Assembly (NCBI GenBank): GCA_963725685.1
Contig: CAVRYZ010000008.1
Coordinates: 398,709-462,708 of the forward strand
DNA: 64,000 nucleotides
Direction of reading: 5' to 3'
Source: an uncultured Chloroflexia bacterium
GTDB taxonomy: Bacteria > Chloroflexota > Anaerolineae > Anaerolineales > UBA4823
This document shows, in pieces, positions 54,764 to 64,000 of the stretch. Every line of letters starts with the position of its first letter. The stretch's first letter is position 1. The notes below the pieces were generated by a model. The model did no database searches. It saw nothing but the letters and a program-made list of their open reading frames with translations, and was not told the DNA's origin. A program made the position numbers and the translations under genes.

Positions 54764-56575
54764 TTAATAAACTCGTTCCTTAGGCTGGAATTTTGTAAGC
54801 ACGACTGGTTTGTAACCCAGCTCGATCTGACCATCGGACTTTACCCATGAGAGCGTGTGCTTTAACCAATTGACGTCGTCACGTTTTGGATAATCATCCC
54901 GGGCATGTGCCCCACGGCTCTCAGTGCGAGCCAGTGCACAGACTGTGACAACCTCAGCAATTTCGAGCAGGTTGCCCAGCTCCCAGATATTGATCATTTC
55001 CGTGTTGAAGATATTCCCCTGGTCGTGTAATGGGATGTGCTTGTAGCGCTCGCGCAACTCACGCACCGTCTCCAGGGCTGATTGCATCCCCTCGCCGGTA
55101 CGGAACATGCCCACGCTATCCATCATCACGGCTTTCATCTTGCCGCTGACTTCCAGGATTTTCTCGTTACCCTGGGCATTGCGAATGGCATCGATTTGTG
55201 CCCGGGTAAATTCGGTCGGGTCAGCTGGCAGAGGTTGAAAAGCTGCACCCTGGGAGAATTCGGCTGCACGCAGCCCGGAGTGCTTGCCAAATACGATCAG
55301 ATCAAGCAGCGAATTGGTGCCAAGCCGGTTGGCTCCATGGACGGAAACGCAAGCCACTTCACCGGCGGCATATAAGCCCGGCATGACGGTGTTATTAGAA
55401 TCGATTACCACTTCACCGAACTTGTTCGTCGGAATGCCACCCATCGTATAGTGAGCCGTTGGCTGTACCGGCATCGGCTGAGCCACCGGGTCTACTCCTA
55501 AATAAGTGCGGGCAAAATCCACGATATCGGGCAGCTTGGCGATGATTTCCTCACCCGTCAGGATATATGGAGTTCCATCCAGACGTTTACGCCCATCCAG
55601 GGCGGCATACTTGTTTACCGTCTCGGGTCTGACGTCTAAATACAGGTAATTCTGTCCATTGATCCCGTTACCGGCTTTTATCTCCAGATACATAGCCCGG
55701 CTGATCACGTCGCGGGAGGCCAGGTCTTTCACACGGGGAGCATACCTTTCCATGAATCGTTCGCCCTTGCCGTTGATCAGCACCCCTCCCTCTCCGCGCA
55801 CACCCTCGGTGATCAGGATACCCAGCTTATAGATCCCCGTGGGGTGGAATTGGAAGAATTCCATATCTTCCATCGGTATGCCGTGCCGCATGGTGACGGC
55901 AATTCCATCACCCGTGTAGGCATAGGCGTTGGAGGTGATATCCCACACCCGTCCATGCCCGCCGGTGGCGAGAATGACTGACTTGGCGTGGAAGACGTGC
56001 AGCTCGGAGGTGCCGAGTTCAATCGCCACCACACCTGCGGTAACCCCATTGACTACCAGCAGGTCCACCACCTGGAATTCATCGTAAAAATTGACATTAT
56101 TCTTCAGACATTGCTGGTACAGCGTTTGCAGGATCATGTGACCGGTGCGGTCTGCTGCGTAGCATGCCCGTCTGACGGGTTTTCCAGTCACATTATTGGT
56201 ATGCCCACCAAATGGACGTTGGGCAATCTTGCCTTCTTTTGTGCGTGAAAAGGGTAATCCATAATGCTCGAGCTCATATACTGCCTGTACGGCTTCATAG
56301 CACATGAACTCAATGGCATCCTGATCGCCTAAATAGTCGCTGCCTTTGACTGTGTCAAAAGTGTGCCATTCCCAATGGTCCTCTTCATCGTTACCCAGGG
56401 CTGCACCCACCCCGCCTTGAGCGGTGCCGGTATGTGAACGGGTTGGGTACAGCTTGCTGATCACAGCCGTGTTGGCGGTCTTCGAAGCGTACAGGGCTGC
56501 CATCAAGCCAGCGCCGCCCGCTCCGACTACAATTACCTCAAATTGATGTATTTTCATAATGTCAGGGCTCCTCAC
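54764..56575 (-). CDS. sdhA: Succinate dehydrogenase/fumarate reductase flavoprotein subunit
   Basis: 603 aa with VIVVGAGGAGLMAA, the covalent-FAD His region RSHTGTAQGG, HPTG and the C-terminal RTESRGAHARDD. The start may be M7 (56557). Confidence 0.9.
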   Translation of the reverse strand: MRSPDIMKIHQFEVIVVGAGGAGLMAALYASKTANTAVISKLYPTRSHTGTAQGGVGAALGNDEEDHWEWHTFDTVKGSDYLGDQDAIEFMCYEAVQAVYELEHYGLPFSRTKEGKIAQRPFGGHTNNVTGKPVRRACYAADRTGHMILQTLYQQCLKNNVNFYDEFQVVDLLVVNGVTAGVVAIELGTSELHVFHAKSVILATGGHGRVWDITSNAYAYTGDGIAVTMRHGIPMEDMEFFQFHPTGIYKLGILITEGVRGEGGVLINGKGERFMERYAPRVKDLASRDVISRAMYLEIKAGNGINGQNYLYLDVRPETVNKYAALDGRKRLDGTPYILTGEEIIAKLPDIVDFARTYLGVDPVAQPMPVQPTAHYTMGGIPTNKFGEVVIDSNNTVMPGLYAAGEVACVSVHGANRLGTNSLLDLIVFGKHSGLRAAEFSQGAAFQPLPADPTEFTRAQIDAIRNAQGNEKILEVSGKMKAVMMDSVGMFRTGEGMQSALETVRELRERYKHIPLHDQGNIFNTEMINIWELGNLLEIAEVVTVCALARTESRGAHARDDYPKRDDVNWLKHTLSWVKSDGQIELGYKPVVLTKFQPKERVY

Positions 56576-56589
56576 ATCCTGTAATCGCT

Positions 56590-57018
56590 TTAATACGCAG
56601 ATCCAATAATTACGTATATACCGACAATTACCATTCCCAACCAGAGCAGTGCGATGAGCGCTCTGAGGAATGGCTGCCAGAACGTGTGACCGACATAATC
56701 CTCAACGATCATGCGAATCCCGTTGGCTGCGTGGGTGAAGGCAAAAAATACGATCAGGTATTGCATGATCTGCCAGAAAGCGGTAGCCCATCCCAGGGTA
56801 ACGTCGGGGATATTGCTGTTAATCACGTGATTGGGGTTGGGTAAAAATGTCCACCTTAAGACTGTGGGCAGGTCCATCTGCAAGCGCGCACCCATCGCCA
56901 TGGCTGAGCCGAGGCCGATCAATGCCAGCAGGATGATTCCCAAACCGGAGATGCGGGTAAATAACCACATTATATAATCCAAATTTATGCCACGTTGTGG
57001 AATGTAACGAGGTCGCAT
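56590..57018 (-). CDS. sdhD: Succinate dehydrogenase hydrophobic membrane anchor subunit
   Basis: 142 aa with 3 predicted TM helices, positioned between sdhC and sdhA. Called from position and hydrophobicity. Confidence 0.6.
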   Translation of the reverse strand: MRPRYIPQRGINLDYIMWLFTRISGLGIILLALIGLGSAMAMGARLQMDLPTVLRWTFLPNPNHVINSNIPDVTLGWATAFWQIMQYLIVFFAFTHAANGIRMIVEDYVGHTFWQPFLRALIALLWLGMVIVGIYVIIGSAY

Positions 57019-57037
57019 ATCTCTCTCTCCTCAGCTT

Positions 57038-57472
57038 TTACCCGGCCTGTAAGGCGCGAGTTACAATCACATATACAGTCAGCACATAGATTGGGGTAAA
57101 TACCGCCCATAGCAGGTAAACCGCTTCGCGTTCATATTTGAGCATCTTAGGCCAAATGTCGAGGATGGCAACGCGGAATCCATTTAATGTGTGGAAAAGC
57201 ACACAAAAGACAACAATGATTTGGAACCACCACGATTCGTAGATCGTATTGATGGTTGTCCCCCAGGTGCCCAACACCTGTTGCATGGAAAATGAGGCTG
57301 CAACGTGAACACCGACGAAAAGAATAATCCCCATGGCGGTGAGGCGATGGAGCGCAAATGCGTAGTAAGGAGTGCTCCCTTTATATAGCCAGCCTTTAAA
57401 ACCGGTGTATTTACCGTATGCCATGTGCTCCTCCTTTAATCGTGTAAAAGTACCGAAAAATGGATCTCTCAA
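57038..57472 (-). CDS. sdhC: Succinate dehydrogenase cytochrome b subunit
   Basis: 144 aa with 3 TM helices and conserved His residues (HRLTA, HTLNGFR). It is the first gene of the sdh operon. The start may be M17 (57424). Confidence 0.6.
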   Translation of the reverse strand: MRDPFFGTFTRLKEEHMAYGKYTGFKGWLYKGSTPYYAFALHRLTAMGIILFVGVHVAASFSMQQVLGTWGTTINTIYESWWFQIIVVFCVLFHTLNGFRVAILDIWPKMLKYEREAVYLLWAVFTPIYVLTVYVIVTRALQAG

Positions 57473-57581
57473 TTATCCCATTTGTTTAACATTAGGGAAA
57501 AGTGATAAAACTCATGGATTATTCATATTACTTATCCTTATCATCATAACATGATATGTTCTACAATTATATGTGCTGGAC

Positions 57582-57668
57582 AAGACGATCTTCCTGTGTC
57601 AATGATGTACAATATGCTTACGAACCTGCTCAAGGCACCCATCAGGAAGATCGTCTTCCCGGTTTTTA
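57582..57668 (+). promoter_or_regulatory. Long leader stem-loop with a U-tract upstream of the Rieske/cytochrome b operon (attenuator-like)
   Basis: A perfect 15-bp inverted repeat, AAGACGATCTTCCTG (57582-57596) and CAGGAAGATCGTCTT (57643-57657), is separated by 46 nt. It is followed by CCCGGTTTTTAAAAA, about 40 nt before the start codon. A candidate promoter TTATCA-N18-TACAAT ends at 57567. Confidence 0.4.
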
Positions 57669-57706
57669 AAAATTAATAGGACTAAATTGCTCACCAGGAG
57701 GTACAA

Positions 57707-58192
57707 ATGCCCGGTTTCCCCCATATGAGCCGTCGAGAGTTCGTCTCCGTTGTGACTGCTGCAGCCGGCACGGTCATGGGAGCGTTGATCGGCATTCCAG
57801 CTATCGGCTATCTGATTGCCCCGGCTCTGCAAAAGTTATCTGCCGATGCGTGGATCCCGGCAGGTCCAGTGGCTAATTACCCGGTTGGCGTCCCCACCTT
57901 ATTCAACTTCAACCGCACCAAGGTCAATGGCTGGGAGAAAACCGTCAACAGTTACGGTGTCTATGTCATTCAGAACCAGGATGGTTCTATCCTGGCGCTC
58001 TCCAACAAGTGCACCCACCTGAGCTGCCGTGTCAACTGGAAAGCTGATGTGACCGCCTACGTATGCCCCTGCCATGATGCCTATTTTGACATCAACGGGG
58101 GGATCGTTAAAGGTCCCCAACCGAGAGCTCTTGACAAGTACGAAACCAAAGTCGAGGAAAGTATTCTCTTCATTCACTTCCTGGGGAGCTAA
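57707..58192 (+). CDS. Rieske [2Fe-2S] protein of a cytochrome bc/b6f-type complex (Tat signal)
   Basis: 161 aa with the twin-arginine-like segment SRREFV and the Rieske boxes CTHLSC and CPCHDAYF. Confidence 0.85.
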   Translation: MPGFPHMSRREFVSVVTAAAGTVMGALIGIPAIGYLIAPALQKLSADAWIPAGPVANYPVGVPTLFNFNRTKVNGWEKTVNSYGVYVIQNQDGSILALSNKCTHLSCRVNWKADVTAYVCPCHDAYFDINGGIVKGPQPRALDKYETKVEESILFIHFLGS

Positions 58193-58195
58193 TTT

Positions 58196-58855
58196 ATGTT
58201 CCAAAAGACATTTACCTGGCTTGATGAACGTCTCGGGTTGAAGACCATCTATAATACGGTCCTCGACCGCAAGGTACCTAAAGTCAATTGGTGGTTCACC
58301 CTGGGGAGTGCCAGCCTGTTCCTCTTTCTCCTCCAGGGTATTACCGGCATCATGCTCACAATCTATTATGTGCCCTCCCCCGACCATGCCTATGACAGCA
58401 TCCAGTACATCATGACCGGGGTCAGTTTTGGCTGGCTGATCCGCGGCATCCATCACTGGGGTTCCAGTCTGATGGTATTGATCGTATTTTTCCACATGCT
58501 GCGTACATATTTCTTCGGCGCCTACAAATATCCGCGTGAGTTCACCTGGGTCACTGGAGTATTTTTGCTCCTGCTCACCCTGGGAATGGGCTTTACAGGC
58601 TACTTGCTCCCCTGGAACCAACGGGCGTATTGGGCAACCACGGTAGCAACTTCCATTGCAGGTACAGTACCTTTCTTAGGCAATTTTATAAACCAGGTAC
58701 TGCGCGGAGGAGGTGACCTCTCGGCAGTGACTCTGGCCCGTTTCTTCTCAGTCCATATCTGGTGGTTCCCAGCTATGATTGCTGGTTTGATTGGTGTCCA
58801 CCTGTATATGGTCATCCGTCTGGGTATCTCTTCGGTCCCCAAAGCAGAAGATTAG
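58196..58855 (+). CDS. Cytochrome b6-like (cytochrome b N-terminal, 4-helix) subunit
   Basis: 219 aa. WWFTLGSASLFLFLLQGITGIML, IRGIHHWGSSLM and FFSVHIWWFPA are cytochrome b/b6 haem-ligand regions. Confidence 0.9.
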   Translation: MFQKTFTWLDERLGLKTIYNTVLDRKVPKVNWWFTLGSASLFLFLLQGITGIMLTIYYVPSPDHAYDSIQYIMTGVSFGWLIRGIHHWGSSLMVLIVFFHMLRTYFFGAYKYPREFTWVTGVFLLLLTLGMGFTGYLLPWNQRAYWATTVATSIAGTVPFLGNFINQVLRGGGDLSAVTLARFFSVHIWWFPAMIAGLIGVHLYMVIRLGISSVPKAED

Positions 58856-58870
58856 GAAAAGGAGACAGCC

Positions 58871-60103
58871 GTGAACGAAGAGCAAAAGAAACAATACAAA
58901 GAAAAATATACCCAGGAAAAGCAAAACGGGGTCAAGTTCTGGCCGGATATCATTTATAAAGACCTGGTCATCACCACGGCTCTGTTTATCATTCTGGTCA
59001 TCCTGGCAACATGGATCGGTGTATCGCAGGAGCCAAAAGCCGACCCATCCGATTCGGCCTATGTTCCCCGTCCCGAATGGTATTTCCTGTTCCTTTTCCA
59101 GCTTTTAAAATATTTCCCCGGATCTATAGAGTGGCTCGGGACAACGATCATACCTATCATTGCCGTCCTGGCATTATTTTTATTGCCATTCTTCGACCGG
59201 AACTCAAAACGGCATTGGAAATCCCGCCCTGTGGCAGTCATCATCATGTCTGTGATGGTGGTTGGGATAGTGGTCTTAACCGTTATGGCAGCTGTAACCA
59301 CCCCAGCCCAGGAGGTGACTGGCACAATCGCCGGGACTGTGCCTGAGCAAATTCTCGCCGGGCAAGACTTATACTCAATCAATTGTACTGAGTGTCACGG
59401 TCCGGATGGTGAAGGGGGTGAAGTCAAGGGTGTTGAAGGGCTTGAAGGCTATATCATGAAGGCCATCAATACGAAAGATGAGATGTACACGCGTAACGAT
59501 CAGACTTTCACCGATATTATCTCCTATGGTCAACCTGACCTGGGAATGGTTCCGTTCGCCCGGGCTTATGGTGGGGCCTTAGGTCCTTCCGATATCGAAG
59601 TGATCGTCACTTTCATGCGCTACACCTGGGACGACCGGGTTGAGCTACCCCAGGAAGTAGCCTCCGCCAACGCCATTCCCACCCTTGCCGCAGGCGAAGT
59701 ACCCTCTTATGAGGTACACATTGCGGCGATACAAAAGCGCTATTGTGTTTCCTGCCACCGGGCTGGCAAGAAGAATAATAACTACATAATGGACAATTAC
59801 GATAACACAATAAAAACAGGTGATCATGCTCCCGACCTGATCGCCGGTGACTTGTTGTGCAACACCATGCAAATGCTTAACCGGGTCGAGGGGCTTGAAG
59901 CTGGCAACCCGATGCCTCCCACGCGCGCCCTCCCGCCTGAGCTGATTGCCATCTACCAGGCATGGATCATGGCGGGTATGCCCAATACCTCCGCGGATGC
60001 AGCTGCGCTTTCGGCAAGTCAGAGTGCGACCGAAACGCCAATTGCACCGGTAGAAACGATCCCACCACTACCCGGAACGGCCTCGGTCACACCCACCCCA
60101 TAA
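58871..60103 (+). CDS. Cytochrome b C-terminal (subunit IV-like) domain fused to a dihaem c-type cytochrome
   Basis: 410 aa with a GTG start after AAGGAG. It has the PEWYFLFLFQLLKY (PEWY) motif, then two CxxCH motifs (CTECH, CVSCH). Confidence 0.8.
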   Translation: MNEEQKKQYKEKYTQEKQNGVKFWPDIIYKDLVITTALFIILVILATWIGVSQEPKADPSDSAYVPRPEWYFLFLFQLLKYFPGSIEWLGTTIIPIIAVLALFLLPFFDRNSKRHWKSRPVAVIIMSVMVVGIVVLTVMAAVTTPAQEVTGTIAGTVPEQILAGQDLYSINCTECHGPDGEGGEVKGVEGLEGYIMKAINTKDEMYTRNDQTFTDIISYGQPDLGMVPFARAYGGALGPSDIEVIVTFMRYTWDDRVELPQEVASANAIPTLAAGEVPSYEVHIAAIQKRYCVSCHRAGKKNNNYIMDNYDNTIKTGDHAPDLIAGDLLCNTMQMLNRVEGLEAGNPMPPTRALPPELIAIYQAWIMAGMPNTSADAAALSASQSATETPIAPVETIPPLPGTASVTPTP

Positions 60104-60109
60104 TCATCC

Positions 60110-62152
60110 ATGGGCACGGTGGTTTATTCACCGTGCCCTTTTGATTCCTGTTGTGCTACAATACCCTGCATGTCAGCTCACCCGGGGCGGCTTTTTTCAA
60201 TATTTGTAACCCTGCTCGTCATATTAATCATATGTACCGGTAGCTCATCTGCCCAAGCTGATTTCACAGCAACTTTAACTGCTCCTGACATAACTAATTT
60301 TCCACATCTGACCACCTATCTGGATGTGCATGACCCCTCGGGTGGATTTATCTACGGGCTCACCTCGCAGGATGTCACCATCCAGGAAAACGGGGCATCA
60401 GTACCGGTCAGTGAGCTGGAAGAGCAGAGGGTTGGGGTGCAATTCGTCGTCGCAATATCCCCTGGCAACACATTCACCATCCGTGATGGCCTGGGAAACT
60501 CCCGCTATGAATACTTGCTTCAGGATTTCCTCTCCGGAACCTGGGTTCGTCAACCTTCGGGTGTTGATGATTTCAGCCTGATCTCCATCGGCGGTGCCCA
60601 GCTGATTCATTCATCCAGCCCGCTTGCGCTGCATACATCGCTTGCGACTTATAATCCAGTTGACCCAAATGCCATCCCCAGCCTTGAAGTGCTAGCTTCT
60701 GCCTTGCAGGTGGCTTCCGACCAGACCAACCGTCCGGGGATGGAGCGGGCAATACTTTTTATCACTTCTCCCCAAGAGACGGATGTTTCGTTGGGACTAC
60801 AATCCATTATCGCAAGTGCCAACCAGGAAAATATCCACATCTTTGTCTGGTTGGTGGCTGCAGCGGAGGTTTTTGACTTACCGCAGATTGACCTCCTTCG
60901 TAACCTGGCGGAGCAGACGCATGCTGCTTTTTTTGCCTTTTCACATGATGAAACCGTTCCCGAGTTGGACGATATGCTTGAGCCATTACGGCACGTCTAC
61001 CGGCTGGGTTATGACTCACAAGCTGCTGCAACTGGCTCTCAACAGGTAGCTGCCCAGGTGAGCATTGGAACCGAGATAGTCACCACCCTACCACGGTCCT
61101 TTGAGATAAATCTCGAATCCCCTGTGCCAACCATCGTTGACCCGCCAACTCAGATCCTGCGTTCATTTTCCAATCAACCGACCCCAGTAACAACCAATGT
61201 GAATGCTGATCTCTTTCCAGTGGAACAGGTTTTCGACATCCAGATAGCCTTTCCTGATGGTCATGAACGCCCGGTTACCCTCACCCGTCTTTACGTCGAT
61301 GATGCAATTGCAGCCGAAAATATAAATCCACCTTATGACCAGATCGTATGGGATTTGCGTCCATACACGATGGATGGTGTGCATACTTTGCGTGTCGAAG
61401 CGACGGATGAGTTAGGGCTGGTTGGAACATCGATTGATTATCATGTGGAGATCAGCGTTCCGAACACCACTCAGGGATTGATGGTCGCGGTTTCGCAAAA
61501 ACGCCCGCTGATCATCGGTGTCACCGTCATCCTATCCGCTTCCATCCTGGTTTTGGTGCTGATTGTGGGTGGACGGATCCGCCCCAAACCGCATCCAGGT
61601 CAGGTCAGGCCTTCAGCAGGCAGCACTGACAAGACCAGACCTTCGGGGTATCGTGAACGCATGCAACAGCGTAAAGACCCCGTCACCCAACCGGTGAAAA
61701 TTGCCTCATCTGAGCCATTGATCGGTAAACCCCGCTCAAGAAGCTGGAAAGAGCGCATCCCATGGTTTACGCAGAAAGTAACACCCATCCCTGCCCTGGC
61801 TTACCTGATCCCGATGGTAGGTTCTGATGAACCCACTTTACCCGCACCGTTACAAATCACCAATCGGGATATCACTCTCGGAAGTGACGCCCATCAAGCC
61901 ACCCTGGTCATTGTTGATCCATCTGTAGGAGCTGTCCATGCCCGGATTCAGCATGCAGATAAAACATTCCTGATCACAGACACAGGCAGCGGGGCAGGCA
62001 CCTGGGTGAATTACGAACAGGTGAGCCCACAGGGAACTACCCTCGAGCATATGGATATCATCCATTTGGGAAGGATAGGTTTCAGGTTTAAGCTTTCCGA
62101 GCCAGGTCCATTACGGAAGATCGTGGTCACGCCTTTGGAGCCAAAATCGTGA
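60110..62152 (+). CDS. FHA domain-containing membrane protein
   Basis: 680 aa. The N-terminal signal/TM segment suggests M21 at 60170 as the likely start. A large extracytoplasmic region is followed by the TM helix IIGVTVILSASILVLVLIVGG. The C-terminal FHA domain reads ITLGSDAHQATLVIVDPSVGAVHARIQH..FLITDTGSGAGTWVN. Confidence 0.75.
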   Translation: MGTVVYSPCPFDSCCATIPCMSAHPGRLFSIFVTLLVILIICTGSSSAQADFTATLTAPDITNFPHLTTYLDVHDPSGGFIYGLTSQDVTIQENGASVPVSELEEQRVGVQFVVAISPGNTFTIRDGLGNSRYEYLLQDFLSGTWVRQPSGVDDFSLISIGGAQLIHSSSPLALHTSLATYNPVDPNAIPSLEVLASALQVASDQTNRPGMERAILFITSPQETDVSLGLQSIIASANQENIHIFVWLVAAAEVFDLPQIDLLRNLAEQTHAAFFAFSHDETVPELDDMLEPLRHVYRLGYDSQAAATGSQQVAAQVSIGTEIVTTLPRSFEINLESPVPTIVDPPTQILRSFSNQPTPVTTNVNADLFPVEQVFDIQIAFPDGHERPVTLTRLYVDDAIAAENINPPYDQIVWDLRPYTMDGVHTLRVEATDELGLVGTSIDYHVEISVPNTTQGLMVAVSQKRPLIIGVTVILSASILVLVLIVGGRIRPKPHPGQVRPSAGSTDKTRPSGYRERMQQRKDPVTQPVKIASSEPLIGKPRSRSWKERIPWFTQKVTPIPALAYLIPMVGSDEPTLPAPLQITNRDITLGSDAHQATLVIVDPSVGAVHARIQHADKTFLITDTGSGAGTWVNYEQVSPQGTTLEHMDIIHLGRIGFRFKLSEPGPLRKIVVTPLEPKS

Positions 62153-63114
62153 TCCACCTTGACCATGCTCACCTGAATATCTCCGCCGCAACTCATCCAG
62201 GTATGAAGGGTAAGATAAATGAAGATCGTTATTCAGTTTTAGCTTACCGCTTCAATTCAGATGATCACCGTCCAACCGTATTAGCATTACTTGCCGATGG
62301 TATTGGAGGTCATCGTGCTGGTGAGGTAGCAGCTCAGCTGGCAGTGGAGAATATCAATCGCTATGTCGAGGAGAGCCAGCTGAATCAACCTGAGCATATA
62401 TTGAAGCAAGCGTTTACTTATACCAACCAGGTTATCCTCGATCAATCAAAAACGGATCCTTCCCTGGCTGGTATGGGCACCACCTGCGTGTGCGCCTGGG
62501 TAATCGGCGACCAGCTCTATGCGACCTCCGTGGGTGACTCACGGCTGTATTTACAACGCGGATCAAAGCTAATTTGCCTTACGACGGATCACACCTGGAT
62601 CCAGGAGGCACTAGCCCAGCATAGCCTGTCGCCTGACCAGGTTAAGGGGCATCCCAATGCCCATATCATCCGGCGGTTCCTGGGCTCGATGAATGCGATT
62701 AACCCGGATATGCGCCTGCGCCTGCATCCCAACGAGAGCGATATTCAGGCGGAGGCTAACCAGGGTCTGCGCTTGCTGCCTGGTGATCGATTAATGTTAT
62801 GCAGTGATGGCTTAACCGATTTGGTTCAGGATGGGGAGATCCTGAATATTTTACGCACCAGGCAGCTTGAATTAGGTCCAACCCAATTAATTAATATTGC
62901 CAACCAGCGAGGAGGGCACGACAATATCACGGTTGTAGCTTTGGAAGTGCCTCAGCCGGCCCATATCACGCAGCCCTTACACGTCTTACCTGCGCCAGAA
63001 AGTAAGCTTGGCCAAAAAAACAAACGCTCTGTGGTTTCTTGGCTGATGCTTGGCTTGCTCCTGGTGGCGATTATTTTGCTGGTTTTATTATTGATCTACT
63101 TTCCGTACCTGTGA
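62149..63114 (+). CDS. PP2C-family Ser/Thr protein phosphatase with a C-terminal TM anchor
   Basis: 321 aa with NEDRY, ADGIGGH, GMGTT, LCSDGL and GGHDNITVV motifs. The GTG start overlaps the FHA gene stop as GTGA. Confidence 0.85.
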   Translation: MIHLDHAHLNISAATHPGMKGKINEDRYSVLAYRFNSDDHRPTVLALLADGIGGHRAGEVAAQLAVENINRYVEESQLNQPEHILKQAFTYTNQVILDQSKTDPSLAGMGTTCVCAWVIGDQLYATSVGDSRLYLQRGSKLICLTTDHTWIQEALAQHSLSPDQVKGHPNAHIIRRFLGSMNAINPDMRLRLHPNESDIQAEANQGLRLLPGDRLMLCSDGLTDLVQDGEILNILRTRQLELGPTQLINIANQRGGHDNITVVALEVPQPAHITQPLHVLPAPESKLGQKNKRSVVSWLMLGLLLVAIILLVLLLIYFPYL

Positions 63115-63156
63115 AATGCTGCGTATATTGGAGGACGAATGAGTGCAGGTCTACGG

Positions 63157-64000
63157 GGGTCAAGGGATGAAAATTAGACCCACCATACACGCCGTGATTG
63201 CGTGTCTGTTTTTGTTAGTGAGCTGTGCTGACCCCAGTCAGACGAAAAATACACCGTCTGCGTCGAAACTACCCGCCAGCGCGACGATCGAACCGGCTTT
63301 GACCATTACCCAGTCTTCGAGCGCTTCGCCCGCCCCGACAGATACACAAACCACGCTGACTGCAGTACCTCAGGTCACACCCGTTGAAAGTACAGCCACC
63401 CCAACCTTACCAGCTCCAATACCGGCCCAATATGATCTGGTTGCCAGCTTTGACTACTTTGCACACTCGCTCTCCGTGGCAGAATCGATTAGCTACACGA
63501 ATATCATCTCAGAATCCATTCCAGACTTGATCCTGGTGGTAGAACCCAACCGCTGGCAGGGAGGCTTCGAGCTGGTTTCGATCACCTGGGAAGATGGGGT
63601 GAATATTGCCGGTTATGAGCTTAAGGATGCCCAGCTGCATATCCCATTGGCTCAGCCGCTTCAACCGGGTGAAAGTTTGGGGTTAAAGATTAGTTACCTA
63701 TTAACACTTCCAGTGATCCCTGAACCTTCAGAATTTAATCGCCCGGTGCCGTATGGCTACACCTCGAGGCAGACTAATATCGTGGATTGGTACCCGTATG
63801 TTCCTCCTTATATTGAAGGTGGTGGGTGGCTGGTGCATAAAAAATGGTGGTTTGGCGAACATCAGGTGTTTACCATGGCAGATTTTGAGGTGAAGCTTAC
63901 TTTGGTGGAGCCGGTCCAGGATTTGATCATTGCCGCATCAGCGCCGGCAGTGCAGAATGGGACAAGTTATTCCTATCAGCTTGAATCAGCGCGTACATTT
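63157..64000 (+). CDS. Putative lipoprotein (partial, continues past the window end), possibly the N-terminal region of an M1-type peptidase
   Basis: Absent from the track because there is no stop. My translation is MKIRPTIHAVIACLFLLVSCADPSQ..., with the lipobox LVSC, a Pro/Thr/Ser-rich linker, then AQYDLVASFDYFAHSLSVAESISYTNI.... The frame stays open to the window end. The function guess is weak. Confidence 0.45.

Noticed and set aside
1-64000. I looked for CRISPR arrays, rRNA, IS elements/transposases, integrases, toxin-antitoxin pairs, restriction-modification or other defence genes.
   Set aside because: I saw no spaced direct repeats, no rRNA-like conserved stretches, and no ORF with transposase, integrase, nuclease-defence or toxin-antitoxin motifs in the six-frame track.

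Overview
The window is 64 kb of bacterial chromosome. Gene content (SbsA-Ig/DUF11 giant surface protein, Rieske/cytochrome b6-type complex with fused cytochrome c, FHA/PP2C pair, Flx/Hdr-type redox genes) suggests Chloroflexota/Anaerolineae, but that is inference only. I found no rRNA, CRISPR array, transposase, integrase or phage genes.

Layout:
- 1-26.9 kb: a carbohydrate-catabolism island. It holds a sugar ABC importer, ROK and GntR regulators, four xylose-isomerase-like TIM barrels, two Gfo/Idh/MocA and two Zn-dependent dehydrogenases, and two FGGY kinases. It also holds a PTE-family lactonase-like protein, a cupin-type PGI, Eda, DeoC, an OYE, a frameshifted AKR and a GH3 lipoprotein.
- 27-36 kb: a URO-D-like protein, a small membrane protein and a 2079-aa secreted multidomain protein.
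- 36-40 kb: two EamA transporters, a DsbA-like protein, alr and a TfoX-domain protein.
- 40.4-49.2 kb: a Flx/Hdr-like redox cluster with two HdrA paralogs, an MvhD fusion and HydB/HydG-like subunits.
- 49.4-64 kb: housekeeping genes. These are recO, rplI, a RodZ-like gene, rimO, tRNA-Arg(CCU), sdhCDAB, Rieske/cyt b/cyt c, an FHA protein, a PP2C phosphatase and a partial lipoprotein.

Main result: three ORF pairs that the six-frame track shows as split are each one reading frame interrupted by a single in-frame TGA. In each case the TGA sits at a conserved redox-active Cys position:
- U-P-Y-C in the DsbA-like protein.
- D-C-A-A-U-I-L-T-P-K in both HdrA paralogs.

Each TGA is followed by a short hairpin 18-23 nt downstream. 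This fits selenocysteine recoding.

Other points:
- One HdrA carries an inserted NfnB/GltD-like NAD(P)H module, and no HdrBC lies nearby.
- A Rex/CRP-like palindrome sits upstream of the hdr cluster.
- A shared operator-like motif (ACAGGATTACA core) lies just downstream of near-consensus promoters at four loci.
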